A stretch of DNA of 64,000 nt from Minisyncoccota bacterium (GCA_041664605.1 JBAYKO010000002.1:7453-71452), one strand, 5' to 3'; shown: positions 9,645 to 20,537, counted from the stretch's first letter. Notes: generated from the sequence alone by a model not told the origin. Program-made: numbers and translations.

Positions 9645-9670
9645 AAAAAACCGCCAAATGGCGGTTTTTT
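9645..9670. terminator. Bidirectional intrinsic terminator (aaaaaaccgccaaatggcggtttttt)
   Basis: Perfect GC stem with A/T runs on both sides, immediately after the rplB stop and the 9381..9629 stop. Confidence 0.7.
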
Positions 9671-9677
9671 ATTTAAT

Positions 9678-10526
9678 TTATTGAGATTTTCTAGATTTTC
9701 CAGTCTTTCTTCTTGATACAATGAAAACATTTGAGTATTTCTTTGGTTTTCTTGATTTTCTACCTCCTGTAATTTTACCATGTCTTGTTTTTGGTCGTTT
9801 TGTTCCCCTTCCTTGTCTTCCTTCACCTCCACCATATGGGTGATCAACTGGGTTCATAGCAGAACCTCTAACTGTTGGCCTGATTCCTTTCCATCTTGAT
9901 CTTCCTGCTTTTCCAAAGTTAACAAGTTTTGATTCTTCGTTTGAAACTCTTCCAATAGATGCCCAACAATTCTCTGTTACTCTTCTTACTTCAGAAGATG
10001 GCATTTTAATGTGTGTATATCCTTCGTTGTTTGCAATTACTTGAGCAAATATACCTGCTCCTCGTGCGATTTTTGCCCCTCCCTTTGGTTTTAATTCAAT
10101 ATTATATACAAATGTACCAACTGGAATAACTTTGAGCGGTAGCCTATTTCCTTCTGTAAGTGGAGCCTTTTCCGAAGAAACTATTACATCACCAACTTTC
10201 ATCCCTTTTGAAGCTAAAATATATCTTTTTTCTCCATCCTTATAAAAAACTAAAGCTATAAAACCTGATCTGTTTGGATCATATTCAATAGTCTTTATTG
10301 TTGCTGGAATATCAATTTTTTCCTGTCTAAAATCTATATCTCTAAAAAGTCTTTTATGCCCACCACCTTTGTGTTGAGTTGTTATTCTTCCTTGATTATT
10401 TCTTCCTACACTTCTTTTAAAACCTTTTACTAGAGATTTTTCTGGTTTTGATACTGTTAAAGATTCTCCGTAAGAAACGGTTGTCATTTGTCTTCGTGAT
10501 GGTGTTTTTGGATTATACTTTTTCAT
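9678..10526 (-). CDS. rplB: 50S ribosomal protein L2
   Basis: 282 aa with GRNNQGRITTQHKGGGHKR and the C-terminal uL2 motif. Confidence 0.93.
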   Translation of the reverse strand: MKKYNPKTPSRRQMTTVSYGESLTVSKPEKSLVKGFKRSVGRNNQGRITTQHKGGGHKRLFRDIDFRQEKIDIPATIKTIEYDPNRSGFIALVFYKDGEKRYILASKGMKVGDVIVSSEKAPLTEGNRLPLKVIPVGTFVYNIELKPKGGAKIARGAGIFAQVIANNEGYTHIKMPSSEVRRVTENCWASIGRVSNEESKLVNFGKAGRSRWKGIRPTVRGSAMNPVDHPYGGGEGRQGRGTKRPKTRHGKITGGRKSRKPKKYSNVFIVSRRKTGKSRKSQ

Positions 10527-10542
10527 AATTATTTAAATATTT

Positions 10543-10896
10543 TTATACAAAATCAATTTTGTCACCTTTTTTAAGATAAACATAAGCTTTCTTTCCACCC
10601 TTCTTTGTTCCTTTTTTCCCTCTAAAAATAATATTTTTAGCTTTAATAGTAACAACTCTTACTTTTTCAGGTGAAACTTTATATATGGAAAAAATCGCTT
10701 TTTTAATTTCGTTTTTTGTTGTATCTTTTGGAACATTAAAAGTATAGGCTCCATTTTCACTTAACATTGTTGCCTTTTCGGTAATTCTTGGTTCTTTTAA
10801 AATAAGAGAATAATCCTTTTTACTAAAAACAACCGGTGACTTTTCTTTCACTTCTTTTTTGTCTGTATTATTTTTTACTTTTTTTTCTGTTGGCAT
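10543..10896 (-). CDS. rplW: 50S ribosomal protein L23 with N-terminal extension
   Basis: 117 aa; uL23 core. Confidence 0.85.
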   Translation of the reverse strand: MPTEKKVKNNTDKKEVKEKSPVVFSKKDYSLILKEPRITEKATMLSENGAYTFNVPKDTTKNEIKKAIFSIYKVSPEKVRVVTIKAKNIIFRGKKGTKKGGKKAYVYLKKGDKIDFV

Positions 10897-10929
10897 TGTT
10901 TTACTTTATAACTTTATGAACTTTCTACT

Positions 10930-11664
10930 TTATAACTTGCCTTTTAAAAAGGCTATGCTTTCTTCTGGGTTTGCAACTATAAGATATTTACTATTCATAA
11001 TATCAAGCGGGTTTATGTTTTTAAAATCAATCAAACTGACAGAAGGCAGATTGTTAAAACTTTTATCTATGGTTTTATCCTTACCAAAAATTGTAATAAT
11101 AGCAGCATTTTTTCTTTTAGTAGATAGTTTTTCAAAACCAGAAACTTTTGCGAGTGTTTCTATAATTTCTTTTGCACTTTTTGTTTTTATTTCTTTAATT
11201 GAAATTTGATCAATAAAAAGAATTTCATTTTTCTTCATTTTTTCTGATAGAACAACATAAAGAGCCTTGACCATCATCTTTTTATTTATTTTCTTTTTAT
11301 AATTTTTTTCTGCAAGAGGACCATGAGTAACACCTCCACCTTTCCAAATAGGAGATCTGGATGATCCGTGTCTTGCTCGTCCTGTTCCTTTTTGTTTCCA
11401 TGGTTTTTTACCTCCACCACGAACTTCTCCGCGCCCTTTTGTGTCAGCTGTTCCTGCTCTTTTATTTGAAAGAATACTTGTAACTATTTGATGGACCAAA
11501 TCAGCATTCCATTTTAATCCAAAAATATTAGCAGGCAAACTTATTTTACCTGTTTCTTTTCCTGTTTGATTATATATAGAAGCAGAAAGACTAGAAACTT
11601 TTCCTTCTTTTACAACTGTCTCTTTTTGAGCTTTCTTTTCTTTTTTGATTGATTCTTTTTTCAT
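10930..11664 (-). CDS. rplD: 50S ribosomal protein L4
   Basis: 244 aa with GTGRARHGSSRSPIWKGGG, uL4. Confidence 0.9.
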   Translation of the reverse strand: MKKESIKKEKKAQKETVVKEGKVSSLSASIYNQTGKETGKISLPANIFGLKWNADLVHQIVTSILSNKRAGTADTKGRGEVRGGGKKPWKQKGTGRARHGSSRSPIWKGGGVTHGPLAEKNYKKKINKKMMVKALYVVLSEKMKKNEILFIDQISIKEIKTKSAKEIIETLAKVSGFEKLSTKRKNAAIITIFGKDKTIDKSFNNLPSVSLIDFKNINPLDIMNSKYLIVANPEESIAFLKGKL

Positions 11665-11677
11665 TTTATTTCTGTAA

Positions 11678-12292
11678 CTATCCTAATATTTTTACAAGAG
11701 TTCCTCTTCTTCCGGGAATTGCTCCTTTAATTAAAATTAAATTATTTTCTAAATCAATATCAATTACTTTAAGATTTTTCACTGTTACCGTATCACTTCC
11801 CATTCTTCCTCCCATTCGCATTCCTTTTGGAACACGATTTCGAAGTCCACCACCAATTGACCCTGCTTCATGTTCTGAGTGTTTTTGACCGTGACTTCTT
11901 GGTCCTCCATGAAAACCGTGTCTTTTTATAACACCTTGGAAACCCTTTCCTTTTGAAATTCCTGAAACTTCAACTTTATCTCCTTTTGAAAAAACAGAAA
12001 GTTCAATTTTATCCCCAGTTTTCATATTTCCTAACATTTCCTCATCAACAAGAAACTCTCGTAATGTTTTAAACGATCCAGTTCCTTTTAAATGACCAAT
12101 TTTTGCTTTCGTTAGTCTACTTTCTTTTTGATCATCATATCCAACTTGAACAGCCACATAGCCATCTTTTTCTTTGTTTTTTAGTTGAGTAATTGTGATT
12201 GGACCAGCTTCAATAACCGTTACTGGAGTAACTTTTCCATCTTCATCAAAATACTGGCTCATATTCTGTTTTTTTCCAAGGATAAATTTCAT
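11678..12292 (-). CDS. rplC: 50S ribosomal protein L3
   Basis: 204 aa with GKGFQGVIKRHGFHGGP, uL3. Confidence 0.92.
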   Translation of the reverse strand: MKFILGKKQNMSQYFDEDGKVTPVTVIEAGPITITQLKNKEKDGYVAVQVGYDDQKESRLTKAKIGHLKGTGSFKTLREFLVDEEMLGNMKTGDKIELSVFSKGDKVEVSGISKGKGFQGVIKRHGFHGGPRSHGQKHSEHEAGSIGGGLRNRVPKGMRMGGRMGSDTVTVKNLKVIDIDLENNLILIKGAIPGRRGTLVKILG

Positions 12293-12309
12293 ATATTTTT
12301 AAGGAATGC

Positions 12310-12460
12310 AATGACTATAAAAATAATGACCCAGCACTAATTTTATAATTGTCTTATCTTACTATTTTTCTGAAAAAAGGCAAATGATAACAAACGGAAA
12401 CCCACGTACACTAAATTAAAATTAGTGCTGGGTAAGGAAAATTACATTCCTTTCAGTCAT
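12310..12460. repeat. About 150-bp hairpin element in the rpsJ-rplC spacer (arms ...AATGACCCAGCACTAATTTTA / TAAAATTAGTGCTGGGTAAGG..., ~66-bp loop)
   Basis: Imperfect inverted repeat of ~40 bp arms. It belongs to the IR-65-IR family also seen at 22588, 23777, 42196 and 57315. Confidence 0.55.
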
Positions 12461-12470
12461 TAATTTTCTC

Positions 12471-12896
12471 TTAAATCATTTTTACGTCAATATCAACCCC
12501 TGAAGGCAAACTTAAGTTTGTTAATGCTTCAATTGTTTTCTGAGACGGACTCATAATATCGATTAACCTTTTATGTATACGAATCTCAAATTGTTCTCGT
12601 GAGTTCTTATAAATAAAAGTTGATCTATTAACTGTATATTTTTTTATTTCAGTAGGAAGAGGTGTTGGACCAATAATTTTTGCATCATAACGCATTGCTG
12701 TATCCATAATCTGCTTTACTGAAGCATCGAGAATTTTACTCTCATATGCTCTAACTCTAATGCGTAATATTGCACCTTCTTCTTTCTTTGTTGCAGTAGC
12801 TACTTTTGAAACTTTTATTTTTTTTTCTTTCACTTCTTTTTCTTTATGTTCCTTCACTACTTTAGGTTTTGTTGTTTTTGTTTTTGTTGTAGGCAT
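12471..12896 (-). CDS. rpsJ: 30S ribosomal protein S10 with ~40-aa Lys-rich N-terminal extension
   Basis: Core RIRVRAYESKILDASVKQI and the rest match uS10. Confidence 0.88.
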   Translation of the reverse strand: MPTTKTKTTKPKVVKEHKEKEVKEKKIKVSKVATATKKEEGAILRIRVRAYESKILDASVKQIMDTAMRYDAKIIGPTPLPTEIKKYTVNRSTFIYKNSREQFEIRIHKRLIDIMSPSQKTIEALTNLSLPSGVDIDVKMI

Positions 12897-12935
12897 GACT
12901 TTATATTAAAGAACTATAAATTTCGCTTTTTTAAA

Positions 12936-14138
12936 TTAAGCAATAATTTTTGTTACAACTCCTGCTCCAACTGTCTTACCTCCTTCACGAATAGCAAAAT
13001 TCATTTGAGCTTCAAGTGCAATCGGTACAACTAATTTTACAGTGAAAGTTGCTGTATCTCCTGGCATAACCATTTCGGTTCCTGCTGCAAGAGTAACTTC
13101 TCCAGTAACGTCTGTTGTTCTGATATAGAATTGAGGCTTGTAACCTGTGAAAAACGGTGTGTGACGACCTCCTTCTTCTTTTTTCAAAATATAAACTTCT
13201 GCTTCAAAGTCTGTATGTGGAGTAACAGAACCAACTGCTGCTAAAACTTGTCCTCTAGTTAGGTCTTCTTTCTTTGTTCCTCTTAGAAGTATTCCAGCGT
13301 TATCTCCTGCCATACCTTCTTTTAGAGACTTATTGAACATTTCAATACCAGTAACAGTTGTTTTTACTGTTGGTTTAATACCAACAATTTCAACTTCTTC
13401 TCCAACCTTTACAATACCCCTTGCTATTTTACCAGTAGTAACTGTTCCTCTACCTTCAATTGAGAATATATCTTCAATAGGCATAAGGAAGGGTTTGTCG
13501 GTTTCTCTTACTGGAAGTGGAATCCAAGTATCGAGAGCATTAACAAGTTCCATAATCTTTTGTGACCATTCATTTGTCAAATCGTTTGATTCCAAAGCTT
13601 TAAGTGCTGAACCTTTTATAATAGGCGCACTTGCCCCGTCAAATCCTTGTTTTGTAAGAAGTTCTCTAACTTCTTCTTCAACTAGATCAATAAGTTCTTT
13701 ATCTTCAACCATATCGCACTTATTTAGAAAAACAATCATTTTTGGCACACCAACTTGTTTTGCAAGTAAAACGTGCTCTCTTGTTTGAGGCATAACTCCA
13801 TCAGTTGCTGCAATAACCAAAATAGCACCGTCCATTTGAGCAGCACCAGTGATCATATTTTTAATATAGTCAGCGTGCCCTGGAGCATCTATGTGAGCAT
13901 AGTGTCTAGTTGGAGTTTCATACTCAGAGTGGTGAAGAGCAATTGTAATTCCTCTTGCCTTTTCTTCTGGAGCATTATCGATTTTATCGACAGCTTCTAC
14001 TCTAGCGCCATAACCTTGAGCCTTTGCCATATCTAAGGTATGAGTGATCGCTGCTGTTAATGTTGTCTTACCGTGGTCAACGTGACCAATGGTTCCCACA
14101 TTTACGTGTGGTTTATCTCTTTTATATTCTTCTGCCAT
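12936..14138 (-). CDS. tuf: Elongation factor Tu
   Basis: 400 aa with [22 protein letters not shown] and NKCD motifs. Confidence 0.97.
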   Translation of the reverse strand: MAEEYKRDKPHVNVGTIGHVDHGKTTLTAAITHTLDMAKAQGYGARVEAVDKIDNAPEEKARGITIALHHSEYETPTRHYAHIDAPGHADYIKNMITGAAQMDGAILVIAATDGVMPQTREHVLLAKQVGVPKMIVFLNKCDMVEDKELIDLVEEEVRELLTKQGFDGASAPIIKGSALKALESNDLTNEWSQKIMELVNALDTWIPLPVRETDKPFLMPIEDIFSIEGRGTVTTGKIARGIVKVGEEVEIVGIKPTVKTTVTGIEMFNKSLKEGMAGDNAGILLRGTKKEDLTRGQVLAAVGSVTPHTDFEAEVYILKKEEGGRHTPFFTGYKPQFYIRTTDVTGEVTLAAGTEMVMPGDTATFTVKLVVPIALEAQMNFAIREGGKTVGAGVVTKIIA

Positions 14139-14317
14139 AAAATTTTTGAGCTAATAACTACAATTTAATAATCGAGAACTGAATACTAAATAATAACTAC
14201 TAGCTAATATTGATTAACTAATAAATACAAAAACACAATATGGATTAGATAATAGCTGAAATAAATAAAATAGTCAAATTTTTAGGGCTCTTTTTACTGA
14301 ATATCTTGTGGACAAGT

Positions 14318-14356
14318 AAATACCCGAGATTTTTACAAAAATCTCGGGTATTTTTT
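14318..14356 (-). terminator. Intrinsic terminator (acccgagatttttacaaaaatctcgggt + T run)
   Basis: Perfect inverted repeat followed by a T run; downstream of the 14420..14980 stop on the minus strand. Confidence 0.6.
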
Positions 14357-14419
14357 AAACCAAAAACCTTAAAACCTACCTCGGGATGATCCTTAGTTTA
14401 ATCAGTAAATATAGTTTAT

Positions 14420-14980
14420 CTATTGAAGCACAAGAGGAAATTCCAAAGTATCAGGAGTTGCCCCTGAAGGATCATTTTCAGTAAATACTACTTTCATTAG
14501 TGTTCCAGATTGAAGTCCAATACCGCCGTTATTAAAGATGACTGACGCGGTAAAAGGTACTGGCCCAAGTGTCATCCAGTTTGAAACAGGAATTAGATTA
14601 ATAATTCCTATTGGCCCCCAATTATTCCCATTTTGATAATAAAGTTGAGCTGTTCCCGCTTCTCCTTCAAACATGGTCCACCTACATCCTGTTGTTTGAT
14701 AATTTGTATTATCTACAACTCCATTAAAAACTACTGGTACGTTTGAGGAAATTGTAGAATTTGGAACAGGAGAATTTATTGTAAAACCACAATTACTAAG
14801 AGTTTGAATACCCCCTTGGTCTTTATTATCTAAATTATTATCTGTATTGAGAACATTATCCTTGTCTTGTGCTAATTTATCAGAATTTTTACCTGAAAAA
14901 TACATTACTCCACCGACAACTAACAATGCTACAACTACTAAAACTATTAAAATTGGCGCAAAACCTTTATTTTTATTCAT
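14420..14980 (-). CDS. Hypothetical membrane-anchored or secreted protein (186 aa) between tuf and fusA
   Basis: N-terminus MNKNKGFAPILIVLVVVALLVVGG is a signal anchor, faintly prepilin-like but with no Glu at +5; the rest is a Gly/Asn-rich beta domain. Confidence 0.5.
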   Translation of the reverse strand: MNKNKGFAPILIVLVVVALLVVGGVMYFSGKNSDKLAQDKDNVLNTDNNLDNKDQGGIQTLSNCGFTINSPVPNSTISSNVPVVFNGVVDNTNYQTTGCRWTMFEGEAGTAQLYYQNGNNWGPIGIINLIPVSNWMTLGPVPFTASVIFNNGGIGLQSGTLMKVVFTENDPSGATPDTLEFPLVLQ

Positions 14981-15186
14981 ATATTTTACTTTCAGACCAA
15001 GACTAATAAGCCTATGGTTTAAATAAATTATTAATACTTAAATTATAACACCCTGTAGTAGATTTTAGTAGTGCATTAAAAATGCGTCCCAATTTTGATC
15101 GGGACATTACTAAAATTCACTACGGAGTAAAATTAAAAACAGAAAACCCCCCGACCTGAGCCGGAGGGTTTTTAATAAAAATAGCA

Positions 15187-15570
15187 TTATATTATTTCAT
15201 GCAAAGAACACTTAGCTTCTCCCTTCATTGGGATTTCGTCATTAGTAATCCATTTCCCTGTATAACCACAAGGAAAACGACCAAAATTCTTTGAAAGAAA
15301 ATCATATTTTACTTCATGATCCGTCTTCCCAAAAATACCGTCAAGGTATTTTTTAGAAAAAGACATTCCTGTATCAGATATAGTTCCTTTGATCATAGCA
15401 GAACCATAAGAATCTTCGATTTGCCCACTGAAAGGATTTCCATCTTTTTGTTTTGTTACGAAATCGACATTTATAGTCCCGACAAAAAGTCCTTTTTTTA
15501 TCTTGTTAAATGTCTCGGAATAAACATCTTTAGGATCATAAAATGACCCTATAATTAGGAATTCGGTCAT
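15187..15570 (-). CDS. Hypothetical protein (127 aa)
   Basis: ORF with its own promoter-like upstream module (15575-15668) and a downstream terminator (15145-15178). Confidence 0.5.
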   Translation of the reverse strand: MTEFLIIGSFYDPKDVYSETFNKIKKGLFVGTINVDFVTKQKDGNPFSGQIEDSYGSAMIKGTISDTGMSFSKKYLDGIFGKTDHEVKYDFLSKNFGRFPCGYTGKWITNDEIPMKGEAKCSLHEII

Positions 15571-15690
15571 ATTTCAATTATTTAATTTACTTTTCTGATT
15601 TAACATTACCATATAAATTTTAAATTGCAATATAAAATTCAAAAACCCCCGGGTTGGGGGTTTTTAGAAAGAACATTGTAGCCGGATTGA

Positions 15691-16158
15691 TTAATAATCA
15701 ATGAAACTAGCGAGAGCTTTTTTCATAGACAATTCCGCCCCTTTTTTGAAAATTGTTTTACTACCATCAGTTAAAACTTCTGCCTTCCCTGATGCGGTAA
15801 CATAATCTTCCCGATCTTTAACAAGAATATTTGTAGTAAAAATATCCCCTGAATCATCTTTTGAAATTAAAAGATGAAAGGTATCCTTGCCCAAAATTCT
15901 TATGTCATCATAACATTGATTAATGCTTATGAGGCCACAAAATTCAATTTTCATTGAGTCGGATTCTTTTGCAAAGCTATCCAGTGAACAAAGTTGCGGG
16001 ATACTGTGACTTTCCACTTTGGTGTACTCGCCATTAGAAAAAATGTAAATACCGGGTTTTAAATTCAAATTTAGAATAAAGGTTGTGGCAATACAACCAA
16101 GAATAATACCCCCAGCAAAAATGGTACCAACAATGCCTGATTTAAGTAATCTTTTCAT
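15691..16158 (-). CDS. Hypothetical N-terminally anchored membrane protein (155 aa)
   Basis: TM helix near the N-terminus; preceded by a consensus promoter (see 16195-16228). Confidence 0.5.
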   Translation of the reverse strand: MKRLLKSGIVGTIFAGGIILGCIATTFILNLNLKPGIYIFSNGEYTKVESHSIPQLCSLDSFAKESDSMKIEFCGLISINQCYDDIRILGKDTFHLLISKDDSGDIFTTNILVKDREDYVTASGKAEVLTDGSKTIFKKGAELSMKKALASFIDY

Positions 16159-16194
16159 GAGTTAAAAATTTAAGGTTCTTATTTAGTTATCTTC

Positions 16195-16228
16195 CACAAT
16201 TATAGCATTTTGAGTTTTAAATGTCAAT
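16195..16228 (-). promoter_or_regulatory. Consensus sigma70-type promoter (TTGACA-17-TATAAT) for gene 15691..16158; duplicated module at 50170-50205
   Basis: Minus sense: ATTGACATTTAAAACTCAAAATGCTATAATTGTG. -35 TTGACA at 16222-16227 and -10 TATAAT at 16199-16204, spaced 17 nt. It is ~90% identical to 50170-50205. Confidence 0.7.
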
Positions 16229-16322
16229 AGATAAATTTCTTTAATAAACCCTTATTTTTAGACCTAAAATTCAAAAACCCCTCCGACGCAAGGTCGGAGG
16301 GGTTTTCATTAAAGAGCATTAA

Positions 16323-16976
16323 TCAATCAGGATTAGGCATAGCTAATCTTTGAACAGAAACATCTAGTGTTCCAAAACTTACTGCTTCTCTTAAAAAACT
16401 GAGAGCAGCATTAAGTTTTTTTTCATTTTTTATTTTAAAATCAGCTATTTGATCTCCTGTATCTTGTAAATTAATAATTGATTCTAAAATTTTTATTTTT
16501 AATTCACCTTTTGCCAAACAAAGACTTAGGTGCCATATTTCATAAAATGTCCCATTATTATCTCTTTTTGATCGCAAGCACTCAAATCCATAGGACTCAA
16601 GCTTTTCAACATTCTCTCTGTACCCTTCTTTTGTGTAGTAATGTCCACAAAGATGTTGAATATCAATGATTGGAGAATATAATGACGCATTATTATCAAA
16701 AATAATCTCATTAAATGGAAGACGGACTTGAGACATTTGCCCATCAGTTGCTTCTCTCCAAAAAAGGAGCATTTTATCGTCCGTTTTTGGGTCTGGTAAT
16801 TTTTCCCAAACCGGGACTGCATCCAGTCTGCCGTTCACAACCCTGATGAAATAGTTGCCGGTCCAAAGTGACCCCATAATTTTTTCATACTCTTCCGTTG
16901 TGAATCCTTTTATTGAAATACCTGGATACCCATAGGATTGAACATGGATTTTCTGTTCTTCTTTATTGTCTGCCAT
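16323..16976 (-). CDS. Hypothetical protein (217 aa)
   Basis: Long ORF. Its upstream ~95 bp (16977-17068) is nearly identical to 15571-15668. Confidence 0.5.
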   Translation of the reverse strand: MADNKEEQKIHVQSYGYPGISIKGFTTEEYEKIMGSLWTGNYFIRVVNGRLDAVPVWEKLPDPKTDDKMLLFWREATDGQMSQVRLPFNEIIFDNNASLYSPIIDIQHLCGHYYTKEGYRENVEKLESYGFECLRSKRDNNGTFYEIWHLSLCLAKGELKIKILESIINLQDTGDQIADFKIKNEKKLNAALSFLREAVSFGTLDVSVQRLAMPNPD

Positions 16977-17342
16977 ATAAAATCAATTTAATTTACTTTT
17001 CTGCTTTAACATTACCATAGAGATTCTAAATTGCAATACAAAATTTAAAAACCCCCGAATGGGGGTTTAATTAACGCTTTTTCTTTTTTTTAAAATTTTT
17101 AGACAGCTTTTGCAATTAACAGGTAAAACCTTGTCATTAGAATGACCCTTTAAAAAATATTTTTTATTTGGGTTTAATCCACACAAAGTGTTTGCATAAA
17201 GTAAATTCTTTTTAGTTGTGTGAATTTTCATTTTTTCAATATTTTTTACTTTTCTGATTTAAAACTAGCATGGGAAGAAAAAATTGACAATCATTTTTGA
17301 AAGATATAATGTAAAAATAGAAAAGTTTTTAAATTTATCCTC

Positions 17343-17639
17343 ATGCCATCAAAAAGAAAATATGCTATGGTTTATTACCTTGATTTCAAAAAAGATTTGA
17401 CTGAAATGAAAGTTGATCTTGTCTTATGTAATACAGGAGGCGACCCTGACACAACATATATTTATATCCGCGAAAATGATCTTATTAGTGAAAAAAAGGT
17501 AAAAAAAATCCGCGGAGTAAATGAAATTATAAGAAACAAAAAAGAAGATACTTTTAAAGTATTTAAAACTTTTTTTTCTTTTAACCAAATTATGGATAAA
17601 TTGCTCAACTTAAATGTTGACGCAAATATGGATTTCTAA
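17343..17639 (+). CDS. Hypothetical protein (98 aa)
   Basis: ORF with a terminator-like hairpin downstream (17687-17714). Confidence 0.4.
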   Translation: MPSKRKYAMVYYLDFKKDLTEMKVDLVLCNTGGDPDTTYIYIRENDLISEKKVKKIRGVNEIIRNKKEDTFKVFKTFFSFNQIMDKLLNLNVDANMDF

Positions 17640-17827
17640 AAAATTCCCGCACAAAGCGGGAATTTTAGTATCTGATAAAGAAAAAATCCTCCGACATGGG
17701 TCGGAGGATTTTTTCTATTTATGATTTTATTTTCTACTTTATAATCCCAGAAGTAAAATTTTAAATCGAATGTACTTAAAATTTACTACGGGACATGCTT
17801 TATGAACTTTCTACTTTACAACTTGCC

Positions 17828-19981
17828 CTATTTTCTTGAAGCAATAATTGTGTCCGCAACGTTTGTAGGCACAACATCGTATCTTAAAAATTCCATAGTA
17901 AAACTGGCTCTTCCTTCAGTCATTGAACGAAGTCCTGTCATATAACCAAACATTTCTGAAAGAGGAACAACAGCATTTAAAACTTTACTCATTCCACGAT
18001 CTTCCATTCCTTCAATGAGTCCTCGTTTTGATGATAAGTTTCCAGTAATATCTCCCATGAATTTTTCTGGTGTAACAACTTCTACTTTCATCATTGGCTC
18101 CAAAATAACAGGTCTTGCTCGTCTACAAGCATCTTGCACCGCCATTGAAGATGCAATTTTGAAAGCCATTTCATTTGAGTCAACTTCGTGATAACTTCCA
18201 TCATAAAGTTCACAAGAAACATTAACCATTCTAAATCCTGCCATAACACCTCTATCTAATCCTTCTTTCAAACCTTTTTCAACAGCAGGAATATATTCTT
18301 GTGGAACAACTCCTCCCTTAATAGAATTAATGAATTCAAATGCACCAGATCTTTTTGTATTCTTAGGAAGTTTTTCAATTTCTTCCTTAGTAAGAATTTT
18401 CATCGGCTTAATTCTAATTCTAACGTGACCGTAGTTTCCGCGTCCACCTGACTGTTTAATATACTTGCCTTCTGCTTCAGATTCTCCTAAAATTGTTTCT
18501 CGGTAAGCAACCTGCGGTTTACCAACATTTGCATCAACAGTAAATTCTCTTTTCATTCGATCAACAATAATTTCCAAGTGTAATTCTCCCATTCCAGCAA
18601 TAATAGTTTCGCCAGTTTCTTGATCAGTTGTAACTTTGAAAGTTGGGTCTTCTTGAGCAAGTCTGTTCAAAGCCATTCCCATTTTTTCTTGGTCAGCTTT
18701 TGTTTTTGGTTCAATACGAAGGTTAATAACTGGTTCAGGGAAAACAATTCTATTTAATTCAACTGGATGATCTTCATCACAAAGAGTATCTGAAGTAATT
18801 GTATCTTTAAGACCAACAGCAGCTGCAATTTCCCCTGCAAAAACTTTTTTCACTTCTTCTCTATCGTTTGCATGCATTCTTAAAATTCTACCAATTCTTT
18901 CTTTGTTTTTTGTTCTTGGATTGTAAACATAAGAACCAGATTCAAGTGTTCCTGAATAAACTCTAAAGAAAATAATTTGCCCTACGAATGGGTCAGTAGC
19001 CACTTTGAAAGCTAGCGCAGAAAAAGGTTCTGAATCAGAAGCATTTCTTATCACCGGTGCATCATCGTGGTCTGGATCTGTCCCTTCTATTGGAGGAATA
19101 TCAAGTGGTGATGGTAAATAATCAACAACACCATCGAGTACCAATTGCACACCTTTGTTTTTTAAAGCTGAGCCTGCATAAACTGGAAAAATTTCATTTG
19201 TAATTACCCCTTTTCTTAATAATTTTTTCAAAATTTCCATATCTGGAATTTTTCCTTCCAAATAATCATTCATTGTTTGGTCATCTTGTTCAACAATTTT
19301 TTCCATAAGTTCATTGTGATATTTTTTCGCCTCTTCAAGCATGTTTTCTGGAATTTCTTTTTCAATAACTTGATTTCCCATATCACCTTCAAAATAATAA
19401 GCTTTCATTTTCAAAAGATCTACAACTCCTTCGTGCTTTTCTTCAAGACCAATAGGAATTTGAACTCTTACTGCCTTTTTTGTAAGTCTGTCTAAAATAG
19501 TTTTGTAGGAATATTCAAAAGATGCACCTGTACGATCAAGTTTATTTATGAAACAAATTCTGGGAACCTTAGCTTCGTCAGCGTAACGCCAGTTGGTCTC
19601 TGATTGAGGTTCAACACCCGCAACTCCATCAAAAACAACAACAGCTCCATCGAGTACTCTTAAAGATCGCTTCACCTCTACAGTAAAATCAATGTGTCCT
19701 GGGGTATCTATAATATTAAAACGATGTTTTTTACTTTTATCTTTTAGATCAGCATAAGTCGGAGTCCAGAAGCAAGTAACAGCAGCTGAGGTAATTGTAA
19801 TACCCCTTTCGCGCTCTTGTTCCATCCAGTCGGTTGTAGTTTCTCCGTCATGAACTTCACCTATCTTGTGTGATACTCCGGTATAGAATAAAACACGCTC
19901 TGTGGTGGTGGTTTTTCCAGCATCAATGTGAGCAATAATTCCTATATTTCTAACTTTTTCTAAAGGGTAATCTCTTTCCAT
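17828..19981 (-). CDS. fusA: Elongation factor G
   Basis: 717 aa with [27 protein letters not shown] and the rest of EF-G. A heptad CTAGAAC array precedes the start. Confidence 0.96.
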   Translation of the reverse strand: MERDYPLEKVRNIGIIAHIDAGKTTTTERVLFYTGVSHKIGEVHDGETTTDWMEQERERGITITSAAVTCFWTPTYADLKDKSKKHRFNIIDTPGHIDFTVEVKRSLRVLDGAVVVFDGVAGVEPQSETNWRYADEAKVPRICFINKLDRTGASFEYSYKTILDRLTKKAVRVQIPIGLEEKHEGVVDLLKMKAYYFEGDMGNQVIEKEIPENMLEEAKKYHNELMEKIVEQDDQTMNDYLEGKIPDMEILKKLLRKGVITNEIFPVYAGSALKNKGVQLVLDGVVDYLPSPLDIPPIEGTDPDHDDAPVIRNASDSEPFSALAFKVATDPFVGQIIFFRVYSGTLESGSYVYNPRTKNKERIGRILRMHANDREEVKKVFAGEIAAAVGLKDTITSDTLCDEDHPVELNRIVFPEPVINLRIEPKTKADQEKMGMALNRLAQEDPTFKVTTDQETGETIIAGMGELHLEIIVDRMKREFTVDANVGKPQVAYRETILGESEAEGKYIKQSGGRGNYGHVRIRIKPMKILTKEEIEKLPKNTKRSGAFEFINSIKGGVVPQEYIPAVEKGLKEGLDRGVMAGFRMVNVSCELYDGSYHEVDSNEMAFKIASSMAVQDACRRARPVILEPMMKVEVVTPEKFMGDITGNLSSKRGLIEGMEDRGMSKVLNAVVPLSEMFGYMTGLRSMTEGRASFTMEFLRYDVVPTNVADTIIASRK

Positions 19982-19988
19982 GATAAAT

Positions 19989-20022
19989 TAGGTTCTAGTA
20001 GCTAGGTTCTAGTTTCTAGTGT
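19989..20022 (-). repeat. CTAGAAC heptad array directly 5' of the fusA ATG
   Basis: Minus sense: CACTAGAAACTAGAACCTAGCTACTAGAACCTAATTTATC-ATG. Confidence 0.7.
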
Positions 20023-20135
20023 AAATTAATTTTAAAAAGCGCTAATGCGCTAGAAATAATATACAACAAAGACGTTTTTTTTGCAAAGCAAAAGCCGGGC
20101 TATTCCCGGCTTTTAAAAAAGATCTACTACATTAT

Positions 20136-20423
20136 TTAAGACAAAATAATTTGTCCAAGAACAAGGCGTAAAGAGTTTGGAATACTCATTTGTTCATTTT
20201 TTATGAAATCTTTTATTCTGTCTTTGCACTTAAAGACATTTTTATCCAAAACTTTTACAGCAAAGCTTAGTGCCCTATGGTCTTCTTCCGACCTAAAATC
20301 TTTAGCAATGTTTGAATATTTTCTCATAAGATCAAAACAAAGATCTAATTTCCGGTTTCTTGCTTCATCCCCATCTTCTTTGTCTAGTCTTTTAATGGTT
20401 TTATCTATTTGTGCTATTTCCAT
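20136..20423 (-). CDS. Hypothetical protein (95 aa)
   Basis: ORF with the upstream TTTACTTTTCTG motif and a downstream terminator at 20088-20112. Confidence 0.45.
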   Translation of the reverse strand: MEIAQIDKTIKRLDKEDGDEARNRKLDLCFDLMRKYSNIAKDFRSEEDHRALSFAVKVLDKNVFKCKDRIKDFIKNEQMSIPNSLRLVLGQIILS

Positions 20424-20537
20424 AATGTCTTACTCAATTTACTTTTCTGCCCTAAGATTAATATTTTATTGGTATTTTGTCAAAACCATTCGACAGGCTC
20501 AGGGTAAGACAAAAGCCGGAATTATCCGGCTTTGAAG

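Noticed and set aside
9638-9847. 69-aa minus ORF
   Set aside because: It overlaps the 3' end of rplB in another frame and the bidirectional terminator; spurious.
12300-12470. S10-leader L4-autoregulatory attenuator
   Set aside because: The hairpin lies between rpsJ and rplC, not upstream of rpsJ, and matches the dispersed IR-65-IR repeat family. It is more likely a repeat element than the classical S10 leader.
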